A DNA stretch of 64,000 bases from a virus (Duplodnaviria > Caudoviricetes): positions 6,386 through 70,385 of IMG/VR virus record IMGVR_UViG_3300020137_000001. One strand, 5' to 3'. A program made the translations under genes and the position numbers. The first letter of the stretch is position 1. Every line of letters starts with the position of its first letter. Positions 44,309-53,689 of the stretch are shown here, one piece after another. A model generated the notes under the pieces. That model saw nothing but the letters and a program-made list of their open reading frames with translations, was not told where the DNA came from and made no database searches.

Positions 44309-45880
44309 CTACTCTGCGTCCGGCCAACACAAGCCTGTGAACACGGTGCGCTTGGGATTGCTTGATCCAAAGATCGTCGCATTCGTGGTCGTCACGCTGA
44401 GGAAGGCTTGGATATCGTAATAATCGTCACCGTCCGCAACGTCGATACCGTGCACCGTCAGGGCACCGAGAGTCGCAGAGCCAAAGACAAAGGCCGACTC
44501 TCCAACAATCGTGCTCCCGTTCTTCACGATGCGAACATACGAGTATCCAGAGAACGGACCAGCCGCTGGAGTTACAGATGCAGTGATCTGAACGACACCG
44601 GCCGGAGGAATATATCGATAGTTGCCTTCGTCAAAGTGTGACCCGTCATCATACTGCGCGTCGTCGAACTGAATGACGGTCAGCGTGTTCTTCGGAAATA
44701 CCTGACTCGATGCACTGAGGTTTGCGACCATCTTCAGTGGCGCTCCACCACCGCCGCCTCCACCTCCGGCATCTCCGGTCGGACCTTTGTCACCGGTAGG
44801 TCCCTTGTCGCCTGTCGGACCCTTGTCACCGGTAGGTCCCTTCATGCCTTGATCGCCAGTCGGACCCTTACTGCCCGTTGCTCCGGTCGCACCATTATCA
44901 CCGGTAGGTCCCTTGTCACCTGTCGGACCCTTGTCACCGGTAGGTCCCTTGTCTCCCACGCCACCGGGCGCGCCGTCGTTACCCTTCGGACCCGCCGGAC
45001 CCTGAAGACCATCAGCACCGCGAGGAATGTAAAAGTGAAGAACCGCCGCACTCGGTGTCCCGCTGTTTGTCACCGCAGCATCGTTGTTCGACGTGACGGT
45101 CTCGACTGAGGCGATAGTGATCGTCGATGAGTCTCCAGCCGGACCCACGTCACCAGTGTCACCCTTGGGACCAGTGCTTCCTGTCGGCCCACGCAGATTC
45201 ATGATCACTTCATACGTGCCGACGACTCGCGCGTATAGATCAGCGTTCGCGGTGCGGAGATACAGGTCGCCGTTCTTCCCCATCGAATCGACTGGCGCGG
45301 CGAAACCGTATCGAATCGTCGAACCATCAGCACCGTTCGCGCCGTCACTGCCGACCACACCGTCGGCACCGTTCGCTCCTGTGTCACCCTTCGGCCCTAC
45401 TGGACCCTGCGCACCGCGAAGGTTCGCCTGCAACTCCCAGTGTCCATTCTTCTTCTTCTGATATAGATCGTTGTTCGTCGTGTCGAAGTAGAGCTGCTCA
45501 TCCACACCGTCGCCATCATCCGGCGCGCCCTCTCCGGTTATGACAGCCGTGCTGCCCCCGATGAGCACCGCACCGTCCGCCCCTGCGGGACCGGGGGGAC
45601 CATCGACACCGGCAGGACCGCGCACGTCAACAGCACTCGCCGCGTCATCGACGAGACCTGATGCCCCCACATACTTGCCAACGGCAGGCTTGACACCCTC
45701 GCCACCGACCCAGTCGATGACACGCTGAACGCGGCGACCCTCGTCACTGACGATAGAAAGAACCGGCGACCACCCATCAAACCCATTGTCGCCCGCCGGA
45801 CCAGACGGCCCAGTCAGGTCGACGGCCTTCGTCGGGTTCTGCGGTGCACTGACCTGAACGACGATAACGTCAGTCATCAC
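44309..45880 (-). CDS. Collagen-like fibre protein with C-terminal C1q-like head
   Basis: Gly-X-Y runs (GPTGDK x several); C-terminal FD...YRYIPPAG.VQI.AS...VRIVKNG. Confidence 0.85.
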   Translation of the reverse strand: MMTDVIVVQVSAPQNPTKAVDLTGPSGPAGDNGFDGWSPVLSIVSDEGRRVQRVIDWVGGEGVKPAVGKYVGASGLVDDAASAVDVRGPAGVDGPPGPAGADGAVLIGGSTAVITGEGAPDDGDGVDEQLYFDTTNNDLYQKKKNGHWELQANLRGAQGPVGPKGDTGANGADGVVGSDGANGADGSTIRYGFAAPVDSMGKNGDLYLRTANADLYARVVGTYEVIMNLRGPTGSTGPKGDTGDVGPAGDSSTITIASVETVTSNNDAAVTNSGTPSAAVLHFYIPRGADGLQGPAGPKGNDGAPGGVGDKGPTGDKGPTGDKGPTGDNGATGATGSKGPTGDQGMKGPTGDKGPTGDKGPTGDKGPTGDAGGGGGGGGAPLKMVANLSASSQVFPKNTLTVIQFDDAQYDDGSHFDEGNYRYIPPAGVVQITASVTPAAGPFSGYSYVRIVKNGSTIVGESAFVFGSATLGALTVHGIDVADGDDYYDIQAFLSVTTTNATIFGSSNPKRTVFTGLCWPDAE

Positions 45881-46254
45881 GAGATCTCCTCATCGTCGTT
45901 CGAACCGAGTATGCCCGCGATCATGCCCCAGACATACACGACCTCGCTGGCTCCGTCGCGCAACTCGATCTCATAGCGATTGACTCCCGGGTCACCCACC
46001 GGGGTCTCCTTTAACATTCTTGTCTGCTCTGGCGTCGGTGTGAACGTGACCTCACCGATCGTCGGATTGCTTATGTGCGCACCGCCGTCGCTGACAGACA
46101 GACGAAACAATAGTTTGCCGCGCAGTGAGACTGACATGCGCGCATCGTCGAATGGGATCGGGATATCATTCAATGAAAATGAGAACACCGCAGGAACATT
46201 CGTGCCGCGCACCCACGTGAAGTCATATTCGGCTGGTGTCGTAACGTCGACCAT
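45877..46254 (-). CDS. BppU-N-like adaptor domain protein
   Basis: WVRGT...F.F...GEVTFT.TPEQT..L...YEIEL pattern. Confidence 0.55.
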   Translation of the reverse strand: MVDVTTPAEYDFTWVRGTNVPAVFSFSLNDIPIPFDDARMSVSLRGKLLFRLSVSDGGAHISNPTIGEVTFTPTPEQTRMLKETPVGDPGVNRYEIELRDGASEVVYVWGMIAGILGSNDDEEIS

Positions 46255-46255
46255 G

Positions 46256-46588
46256 TCAAGCGTCCTTCAATCTAACAGCGTTGCAGTCATGCAGCACGAT
46301 CGTTCCGTCAGGTCGACCACCGGTCGTCGGTTGTGTGATCGCGTATGTGTGACCCAGAAACACTATCTTGTCAACCTCGAAGTCGATGTCAGCCAAACCG
46401 ACCGCAGACACCACGATCCGAACCGAGTCATCTCGAAACAGCGCGCGCTGAGTTGGCGAATACTGCGCGATCGCCATGTAAGCGCTCGCTCTTGCAGCAC
46501 CATCGCGCATGATCTTCCCATACTTGTCACCGCCCCATCGGCGTATGAGCTTCTCGGCATCGCGCTGCAATCTCAGGATACTCGGCAT
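46256..46588 (-). CDS. Head-closure protein
   Basis: LIRRWG...D..I.V...D.IV..G.TYAI...PDGTIV; position. Confidence 0.6.
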   Translation of the reverse strand: MPSILRLQRDAEKLIRRWGGDKYGKIMRDGAARASAYMAIAQYSPTQRALFRDDSVRIVVSAVGLADIDFEVDKIVFLGHTYAITQPTTGGRPDGTIVLHDCNAVRLKDA

Positions 46589-46600
46589 CGCGATGTCTCC

Positions 46601-47005
46601 CTAGACGACCAGAGGTCCGCGACGATTTCGGCGCAGAAGCGCCAGATACCGACGCCCGTACTCGGTCGTTCCAAACTCGTCATCAGATGACAGGGATCCC
46701 TCGGCGTTCGCGGCACCCCCGGTCGCGTACGACACCGACAGTCCGCTGCCAAACGACTCGCTCGCGATTGCTCCGGCACCACCAGCCGCACCAATCTCGA
46801 CCTGATCACCTTCGTCGGAGTTATCGGTCGCGAGAAGATGCGCAGCCAGATACATGATAGCTGGCTGATAATCGTACTCTTTCCATGATGCGTCGACACC
46901 GTGAGACGCCTCGACGATCAGTGTGTCGATGATCCCATCATCACTATCCGAGAATATCGGAAACCGCTCCTTGAACTGATCCACGGTCGGCAGAACATAG
47001 GGCAT
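46601..47005 (-). CDS. Head-tail connector (DUF4054-like)
   Basis: PT..QFK.RFP.F, YLAAHLL, T.YG.RYLAL. Confidence 0.8.
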   Translation of the reverse strand: MPYVLPTVDQFKERFPIFSDSDDGIIDTLIVEASHGVDASWKEYDYQPAIMYLAAHLLATDNSDEGDQVEIGAAGGAGAIASESFGSGLSVSYATGGAANAEGSLSSDDEFGTTEYGRRYLALLRRNRRGPLVV

Positions 47006-47011
47006 GTTTGT

Positions 47012-47539
47012 CTATCTCCGCGCTCTGCGCCGCTGCTCATGCCGTCTCGACGCTGTTGCAGCCTCGGCGCGCCGCTGCTCAGTTTCTGCGGCCTCGATCC
47101 TACGTCGCTCAGTCTCTACGTCACCAGCGTTCGTCTCATCACCACTCGATTTCTCGTTCTCACTCTCGCGCTGCACCTCGCGCAGATAGTTCTCGACGAC
47201 TCCGCGCAACGCGGCGCGCATCTGCCCCCGATTTGGGCGAATATCCATCGATGAGCGGGGGGTGCAGACTTCAAGGAACTGTCGGAGCAGAACTTCGTAT
47301 GGTTCTGTGTCGATGACCTTGAGCAGCTCAAGCACGACGCGAAGTCGAACTGGCGGCGAGAACGTGCCCGGTGGACCGACGAGCAGCGTGTCTGTTTTCT
47401 GAAACTTTGTCAAGTTCTTGAGAGTCTTGTCGCTCAGGTCAGCAGACACGATCTCTCCAATCGGCACAGACACGAACCGATTGTTGATGTCATGGAGTCC
47501 GCGATCAGCGTCTCCAAGATTGATGAGCGAAACTCTCAT
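47012..47539 (-). CDS. Hypothetical head-associated protein
   Basis: Directly after the major capsid gene. Confidence 0.55.
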   Translation of the reverse strand: MRVSLINLGDADRGLHDINNRFVSVPIGEIVSADLSDKTLKNLTKFQKTDTLLVGPPGTFSPPVRLRVVLELLKVIDTEPYEVLLRQFLEVCTPRSSMDIRPNRGQMRAALRGVVENYLREVQRESENEKSSGDETNAGDVETERRRIEAAETEQRRAEAATASRRHEQRRRARR

Positions 47540-47633
47540 GGTATCTCCGATTCCCCTTTGTTCTTTGAGGTGAGCCGCGCACCGGCTGGATGACGATGCG
47601 CGGCTTCCCCATTCATTCAGTCGATTCGATGGA

Positions 47634-48599
47634 TCAGGACACCGAATCGGCCGTCAGAATTCCGTCGAGATACCGCACTGCTCCCGGACGGCGGATCTCG
47701 AGACCCGCGAGCCGGAAGATGCCCGGGATGTCCCAAACCAGAGGTGCGGTCTGGAACGGAGGCAAGAACTGATGCGGCATCGGAATATGCATCTTCAGAA
47801 CACCTGGATCGCGACGATATGCCACCATGCGACCCGAACCGTTGGTTCCCACGTCCTCCAGTCCGCGCACCCCGCGCACGGTCAGAGGCTGACCGGTCGT
47901 CAGAGTGTAGACGTTCTTCTGGAGAATGTAGTCGAGCACCGACTGAGTCGTGCCCTCGATTCGCTTGGTTGCTGCGATCGTCAGGGCGCCGATCGGCAAC
48001 AGCAGAGTGTCAGCCAGCTCGATCGTGAGCGTACCAAGATACTGCCCGGTCAGCGTATCGTTCACGTCCTTGATGATCTCGTCCGGAGTCTTGGTGTCCC
48101 AGGTCGTGTGACCAGAGGCGCCGACAGCGGCGTGCACGACGGTGATACCAGGATAGTTGATCAGACCATTGAAGGATTTCTCGGCATCGCCGCGTAGTGC
48201 GACAGTGTCGATGAATTCCTCCGAGGCGCGCACGGCGGCATCGGCTCTCTCGCCACTGAGGTTGATGCCGAGACGAATCGCGTCGTTGATCTCCTCCAGC
48301 GAGTAGCGATATCCGATATCGGCCATCTCGACACCGACCTCGTTCTTCGCACGAGTGATATCGGCGACGTGGATATCCTTGGCAAGATGGTGGAACCATC
48401 CAGCACGACCGGTGCGATCGGTCGAGTAGTAGGTGACCGACTTAGTCCACTCAGGTGCCGAGGTGTCGACCGGAATCAGGCCCGGATACTGAATATCGGG
48501 GTACTGAGTCTGATAGACCTGACTCTCGATGTACGAGGTCTGCGACACCAGAAATCCCAGTGCCTGCTGATCGGTGACCAGCGCGTTTCTACGAAGCAT
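47634..48599 (-). CDS. Major capsid protein (DUF2184/HK97 fold)
   Basis: LGFLVSQ..YIE..VY..QYP, GLINYP, RMVAYRRDP..L..HIPMP..F, G.EIRRP.A..Y.DGI. Confidence 0.92.
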   Translation of the reverse strand: MLRRNALVTDQQALGFLVSQTSYIESQVYQTQYPDIQYPGLIPVDTSAPEWTKSVTYYSTDRTGRAGWFHHLAKDIHVADITRAKNEVGVEMADIGYRYSLEEINDAIRLGINLSGERADAAVRASEEFIDTVALRGDAEKSFNGLINYPGITVVHAAVGASGHTTWDTKTPDEIIKDVNDTLTGQYLGTLTIELADTLLLPIGALTIAATKRIEGTTQSVLDYILQKNVYTLTTGQPLTVRGVRGLEDVGTNGSGRMVAYRRDPGVLKMHIPMPHQFLPPFQTAPLVWDIPGIFRLAGLEIRRPGAVRYLDGILTADSVS

Positions 48600-48664
48600 C
48601 TTTATTTCTCCTCTTGTCGCCGACTCAACGAGCCTCGCGACGCTGAAAGGTTCAGTTGTTCGTT

Positions 48665-48699
48665 CAACTCACCTTGCCACTAAAAGGCAAGGCGAGTTG
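48665..48699 (-). other. 14-bp RNA hairpin (with G-U pair on the minus strand) between decoration and capsid genes
   Basis: CAACTCGCCTTGCC-TTTTAGT-GGCAAGGTGAGTTG on the minus strand. Confidence 0.65.
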
Positions 48700-48707
48700 A
48701 CAATTCA

Positions 48708-49172
48708 TCAGGCTCCAGCCTGCTGATACGTCGGCAGTTGAAGGATGGCGCGCCCGCCACTCTCGCACGAGGTCTTCCAGCGCGCGCCGAGCACGGGACC
48801 GATGCCTCCGGTGTTCGACCACACGCCGGTCGCGCCGTTGAAATGGACAGGATCACCGATGTCGACTGCCACCGCAGGCTCGACCCAGATCTCACCGCTC
48901 TCGAGAACGCCCATGTTGTTCGGGGGCAGATACTTGTCCTGCTCGGCACCAAGCGTGATGTCCTTGATCGAACATCCACGAAACCCGGTGAGAGTGCCAC
49001 CGAGAACCGTTCCACGATCCGACAACGTGCCACGCGACACCGCGAGACCGAAACCAATACCCGCCTCGGTCTCGCACGTTCCAGTCGACGAGCGCGCATT
49101 GTCGAAGTTTCCGGCGATGGTGCCCGGAGTATTGTCGACCATCTGCTCCTTGTACTCAGTCTGATAAGCCAT
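48708..49172 (-). CDS. Capsid decoration/cement protein
   Basis: IGFGLAV.RG, GEIWV....V..GDPV; directly upstream of the capsid gene. Confidence 0.75.
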   Translation of the reverse strand: MAYQTEYKEQMVDNTPGTIAGNFDNARSSTGTCETEAGIGFGLAVSRGTLSDRGTVLGGTLTGFRGCSIKDITLGAEQDKYLPPNNMGVLESGEIWVEPAVAVDIGDPVHFNGATGVWSNTGGIGPVLGARWKTSCESGGRAILQLPTYQQAGA

Positions 49173-49266
49173 GGTTCATATTTCCTCGTTGATGAAGGGT
49201 CACGGTGCTTGACTCATGTCAAGCGTCATGACCCTGTTATTTACTATCGCGTGAACGTTGTTCGTG

Positions 49267-50739
49267 TCAGTGCGTCTGCGATCCGCCGCCCTTCCACGCG
49301 TTCTGCATTCGCTCCACGCGCTTCTCATATGCCTGATCGACGGTGAGTCCACCGGTAGGAGCGGGGGCACTGAACGAGCGAGCGACGTCGCCGATGTTCG
49401 AACCGACGCCAGATCCAACCCCCGACTGAACCGCGCTGTCATCGACCATCGCGGCCAGCGTGTCGAAGCTGATGCGGATCTGATCGTCCGGCCAACCCTT
49501 CGCCTTGTCGCCGAGGCGCGAGTCGACGACCTGACGACGAATTTCGCTGTCCGTCTTCCCGTCGATCACGACGGTGGGCATCAGCACCTTCGCCTTGCCG
49601 AGCATGAGGCTGCGATCGCGAACCATGGCCTCCAGCTTCTCCGGAGTCATCGCTGAGTCCTTGATCTGGGTCTCGAGAGTCGCGATCTTCGTGGTGGCCG
49701 CAGTGAGATCAGCAGTCAGCTTCTTGATCTGCTCGTCCTTGTCGTTGATCTGCTTGGTGTGATCAGCGACGACCGCCGCGTTCGTGGTCTTCATCGTCTC
49801 GATGGTCGACTTGAAACCGTTGATCGTCTTGTCAACGACCTGAATCGCAGTGTCATCCATCTCAACGGTGATACCGTCAACAACGTGCTTTGCCATTTTC
49901 GTCTCCTTGTTGCGGACGCCGACACGGTCGGTGTCCTGTTTCTGCACCATCGCGATGAGAGATCGAGCTGCGACTGTGATGTCACCGTCTCCTCTCGCGA
50001 TAGAATCTGTGACAGCGAACCTCAGAGCTGCCATATTCAACACCCCGTTTGTGAGAACGGGATACTTCTTGTCACGACCGAGAAATCCAGAGTCGGTCGT
50101 CAGTCCGAGACCATCTGTCGTCTCGTTCGCAAGCGCCAACGCCATCGCATCGGCGAAGTTCTTCGTGTCGAGTCGACATTCGCCGCTCCCGTCACCGAAT
50201 CGCGCCATGTGACCGGCGCGCGCCGCGTCCACGAACGCGACATGGTTGACACGAATGTTCTTCTGAGAGCCATCGTATGCCTGTCCATCGACCGTCACGC
50301 CCGGTGTCATGTCAAGATCGCACGTGTATCCGACGCTCATCTCGACTTTACCGCCGCGCACGTCGCGAATCGTATTCCCGTCCATTAGCACCATGGGAAC
50401 GCGAACGAACTCGCCATCACGCGCCACCTCGTCGCCGATCTGACCCTTCGCATACTTGCTCCAGTTGCCAGAGTTCACGGCCTCTGGTGGATGATCGTTC
50501 GTGATCGGCTTGTGGGCGAAGGACGACAGCGACTTCTCGTCGAATACCTCGTTCTCCGGACGAAAGATTCTCACGACACTCTTGTCGGTCACACCGACCT
50601 CTGACCCGCGATAGAGCTGAATTCCCGTGCGAGCCACGCGCGGCGCAGCTACCAAATAGCCATCGTTGGTCTCACGGACCTTCGCGGCATCGTCGAACTT
50701 GATTGAACAGAAGTCCGTCAACTGAAACGGCATCTTCAT
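49267..50739 (-). CDS. DUF2213 protein (putative prohead protease/scaffold)
   Basis: GYL...R.ARTGIQ.Y, FRP..EVF...SL.SF...PITNDHP, SVGY.C, NHVA.V..ARAG; start moved to MKMPFQ (ATGA overlap). Confidence 0.85.
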   Translation of the reverse strand: MKMPFQLTDFCSIKFDDAAKVRETNDGYLVAAPRVARTGIQLYRGSEVGVTDKSVVRIFRPENEVFDEKSLSSFAHKPITNDHPPEAVNSGNWSKYAKGQIGDEVARDGEFVRVPMVLMDGNTIRDVRGGKVEMSVGYTCDLDMTPGVTVDGQAYDGSQKNIRVNHVAFVDAARAGHMARFGDGSGECRLDTKNFADAMALALANETTDGLGLTTDSGFLGRDKKYPVLTNGVLNMAALRFAVTDSIARGDGDITVAARSLIAMVQKQDTDRVGVRNKETKMAKHVVDGITVEMDDTAIQVVDKTINGFKSTIETMKTTNAAVVADHTKQINDKDEQIKKLTADLTAATTKIATLETQIKDSAMTPEKLEAMVRDRSLMLGKAKVLMPTVVIDGKTDSEIRRQVVDSRLGDKAKGWPDDQIRISFDTLAAMVDDSAVQSGVGSGVGSNIGDVARSFSAPAPTGGLTVDQAYEKRVERMQNAWKGGGSQTH

Positions 50740-51473
50740 GGTCTCCAGTATCGGCCTATCCACGGGGATGCGGCCTGTGCCTCGGGTGACCACGGCTTTC
50801 TGCGGCCGTGGAAGAACACGAGTCTGTGTTCTCTGCGAAACTGCGCCAAGTGAACGCAGTGAAGTGGATACGAGGCAAAGACAGGATACGGCACGTGAGT
50901 GCTGCCCTCGCGATCCACCAGATTGTATGACAGCCAAGCTTGATCCGAACCCGCGAAACCCGCACGACGTGCAATTTCAGGCGATGTCGCCGGATCGAAG
51001 CTGGACCACACGTGACTCAGGTCGCCAGCCGTGAACATCTGAAACGAACCATTGAACACGCGTGGATGATGATTGCCGACTAGCTGCCAGCCAACGAAAC
51101 GTCCCTCGGTCTCTAGAACCTCGCGCAGTGGGCCGCACACGACAGTGTCGAGATCGAGACTGACGATGCGCTCGCCCGCCCTGATGCCCATGTCGCGCTG
51201 CGTCTCCGGATCATAGATCCTCAGCCGCCTATAGCACGACGCCAGCCGTGTCGGTCCGCTCGGGTTCACGAGTTCTTCACAGTCGCGCCACAGTGGATAC
51301 GAATCACACGACACACCGTTCGCGTCGTCGGTCACGCAGATGATGCGATAGTTCATCCCGACAAGATTGCGCTCCAGCATGTCGTGCATCATGTTGACGT
51401 GATTGAAGCCGTATGCTCCAACCATGTTCTCCTGACGCCATTTCCAGAGCACAATATTGACACGCGGTTTCAC
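50736..51473 (-). CDS. Glycosyltransferase (GT-A, GT8-like phage family)
   Basis: WKW...Y...HVN.....L.RN, CVTDD, DLDTV, NGS, SDQAW, VFFHG..KPW. Confidence 0.75.
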   Translation of the reverse strand: MKPRVNIVLWKWRQENMVGAYGFNHVNMMHDMLERNLVGMNYRIICVTDDANGVSCDSYPLWRDCEELVNPSGPTRLASCYRRLRIYDPETQRDMGIRAGERIVSLDLDTVVCGPLREVLETEGRFVGWQLVGNHHPRVFNGSFQMFTAGDLSHVWSSFDPATSPEIARRAGFAGSDQAWLSYNLVDREGSTHVPYPVFASYPLHCVHLAQFRREHRLVFFHGRRKPWSPEAQAASPWIGRYWRP

Positions 51474-52214
51474 CTAAATCTCCCTTCGCCACTCGAACCT
51501 GATCGGGTTCTTCGCCTTGTATGGTGGACCAACGCGCTTCGCGTTCAGAGTCGGGTTTCTAGCAGCCCAGAACTCTGACTCCTTCCGTCCATATCTACGC
51601 GTGTTCGCATCATCACAATCTTCACGACGCCACACCGTGAGACCGAAGTTCACCGGCAGTTCGCGCAGACCGAGACCACGCGCACACTTGCGAAAGTTCC
51701 CGTCGCTGCCGTAGAACCCGGCGAAGTCCTCGTCGTAACCCCCGACGCGCCAGAAGTCCGCAACCCTGAATAAGAACGTGTTCGCATGAACCGGGATTTC
51801 AGTGCCGTCAACGAGAAACTGTCGAGGCAGAAAGTAGGCATCAGAAACAAGACCCTCCCTGATATACTGACACATGACAGCGGCATCACTCTGTATCAGC
51901 GTGTGATCCATATCAGTCATGAGCGCCCACTCAGTATCGCACACTCGCATTCCGAGATTTCGAGCACCGTCCTGATTCCACGGAATATCAGGAACCACGC
52001 GGTAGACTTTGACATCAAGCCCGCGAACAAGAAGTTGCCTGTGATACCTACGAATCACATCAACAGCAGGTGACACCGGTGATCCGTCATCCACCACGAT
52101 GATGCGAAGCGATGAACGAACGTCGTCCGAGTACCCAAGCCACTTGTGAACATGATGTCCAAGCATGTTCGGGTTGTCATAGTACGCCATCACGAGTGAC
52201 ACGACTCGCATCAC
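51474..52214 (-). CDS. Glycosyltransferase family 2-like with GT7 C-terminal motif
   Basis: IIVVDDGS, ARNLG, TDMDH (DxD), GGYDEDFAG.YG.D. Confidence 0.85.
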   Translation of the reverse strand: MMRVVSLVMAYYDNPNMLGHHVHKWLGYSDDVRSSLRIIVVDDGSPVSPAVDVIRRYHRQLLVRGLDVKVYRVVPDIPWNQDGARNLGMRVCDTEWALMTDMDHTLIQSDAAVMCQYIREGLVSDAYFLPRQFLVDGTEIPVHANTFLFRVADFWRVGGYDEDFAGFYGSDGNFRKCARGLGLRELPVNFGLTVWRREDCDDANTRRYGRKESEFWAARNPTLNAKRVGPPYKAKNPIRFEWRREI

Positions 52215-52918
52215 ACAGACCCCGTGAAATACCGCGTTCGCAGCTTCGGTCGCTCGTCAGCGTATCCGAGCGACGAGTTGCCGTCACCAAGGTCGTGATT
52301 GACAAGACACGGCACGCGATACAGGATCTTGAGATCACGTTGACCAATGACATCAGCCACCACGCCATCGACGTTCTTATCCCACTTCGGGCTGTCGAGA
52401 TACGCTCGTGTCAACTTACTGTCCATCAACTCACGTGCCATCTGCTTGGTCAACAAAAAACACTGCGCTCCCCATGTCTTGATGCCACGTGATGCGAGAT
52501 GCCATCCACGTTCCAGCGGTGCACCGCCACGCTCCAACGTGCTACTCATGGCAATTGGAAAATAAAGCGACAACACCCCGGCCTCGCGCATCGTCGAGCT
52601 CTCTTGCAGATCTCTCAGGTCACTCTCCAAAGCAGAACGGCAACCACAGACCCACGTCACGTCATCCTCGCAAACACAGATCCAGTCGCCATCCTGCGCA
52701 CGAGACTCTAGTATCTCTAGACACTTGAACCAGTTGCGCAAGTTCCCGAGCTTCTTATCATTGGTCACCAACTCACATCCCCGATCAACCCATCGGAGTG
52801 ATGCATCATCTGAGCAGACGAGAATCTCATAGCCGAATCCCGCATGTCGCAGGCTAGTGACCGAATCGAGCAGCGTCGGGCAACGTCGCGGTGCCGTGAT
52901 GATACCAAAGTGTATCAC
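52211..52918 (-). CDS. Glycosyltransferase (GT-A, GT25-like)
   Basis: GTG start overlapping the methyltransferase stop; GNLRNW, VCEDDV, WGAQCFL, PCLVNH. Confidence 0.7.
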   Translation of the reverse strand: MIHFGIITAPRRCPTLLDSVTSLRHAGFGYEILVCSDDASLRWVDRGCELVTNDKKLGNLRNWFKCLEILESRAQDGDWICVCEDDVTWVCGCRSALESDLRDLQESSTMREAGVLSLYFPIAMSSTLERGGAPLERGWHLASRGIKTWGAQCFLLTKQMARELMDSKLTRAYLDSPKWDKNVDGVVADVIGQRDLKILYRVPCLVNHDLGDGNSSLGYADERPKLRTRYFTGSV

Positions 52919-53508
52919 AGTTGCTTCCACCAGTATGACACCGACTTGCGATAGTCGGGGGCTTGCTTGTGGATATGCGTCTGAACACCACCGATACCGA
53001 ACCTCTCCTCGCAAGCCCGCTTGACGCCCGGCCACAGATAGTCATCGCCAGACACGATTCCACCGACTCGCATCTTCGGCAACCAAACCGCGAGATCATT
53101 GCGCACCGCTTCATATCCGTGATCGCCGTCGATCATCAGAAAGTCGATACTCTTGTTGTCGAAGCGCGATGCTGCATCGATGCTCGTCATGCGACATGGC
53201 ATGATCACGTCCATGACACGATGCACGTTGCGCAGGAATATGTCATACGGTGATTCGCCGCGCAGCCCACGGAAATAATGCGTGTCGCGCAGGTCAGGAC
53301 CACCGTCGATCCACGGATCGACACAGTGCAGCGTGATCGGCTTACCAGAGTTCTTGATCTCGACGCCCATGAACGCTGCTGAGCGACCGAGCCATGATCC
53401 GATCTCGACGAACGTTGATTTCTTATCAGGTGACGCTGCGTCAACCACGTTGCGATAGAGATCAGTGAACGCCGCCCATCCAGGTACGTCCTTATAATAG
53501 TGGTCCAC
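52915..53508 (-). CDS. Class I SAM methyltransferase (Methyltransf_24-like)
   Basis: VEIGSWLGRSA, CVDPW, DFLMIDGDHGYEAV..D..VW.PK...GG..SGDDY.WPGV. Confidence 0.9.
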   Translation of the reverse strand: MDHYYKDVPGWAAFTDLYRNVVDAASPDKKSTFVEIGSWLGRSAAFMGVEIKNSGKPITLHCVDPWIDGGPDLRDTHYFRGLRGESPYDIFLRNVHRVMDVIMPCRMTSIDAASRFDNKSIDFLMIDGDHGYEAVRNDLAVWLPKMRVGGIVSGDDYLWPGVKRACEERFGIGGVQTHIHKQAPDYRKSVSYWWKQL

Positions 53509-53527
53509 CAGCCCTTCTCCTCAACCC

Positions 53528-53674
53528 CTAGACCGCTGCCGCGATGACAGCGAACAATGGAATGATGAGAACTGCCCACAAGATCTCATCAGTCTCCATG
53601 TATTTCGTGAGACCGAACACCGCGAGTGCTATGATCACTGTAATGATCAGCGCGGCCTTGGTGTTCGGTCTCAT
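53528..53674 (-). CDS. 48-aa two-TM membrane protein
   Basis: Hand translation MRPNTKAALIITVIIALAVFGLTKYMETDEILWAVLIIPLFAVIAAAV. Confidence 0.55.
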   Translation of the reverse strand: MRPNTKAALIITVIIALAVFGLTKYMETDEILWAVLIIPLFAVIAAAV

Positions 53675-53689
53675 GTTCTTATCTTATTC

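Noticed and set aside
44790-44950. CRISPR-like or VNTR array
   Set aside because: The repeats are in-frame codons for GPTGDK collagen units without unique spacers
49267-50937. Long N-terminal extensions given by the ORF track (DUF2213, endolysin 31326, SNF2 25965, polA 8621, 28806..29630, 52211..53035)
   Set aside because: They overlap upstream genes or leaders; downstream starts have an RBS and/or stop-start overlaps, so the shorter versions were used
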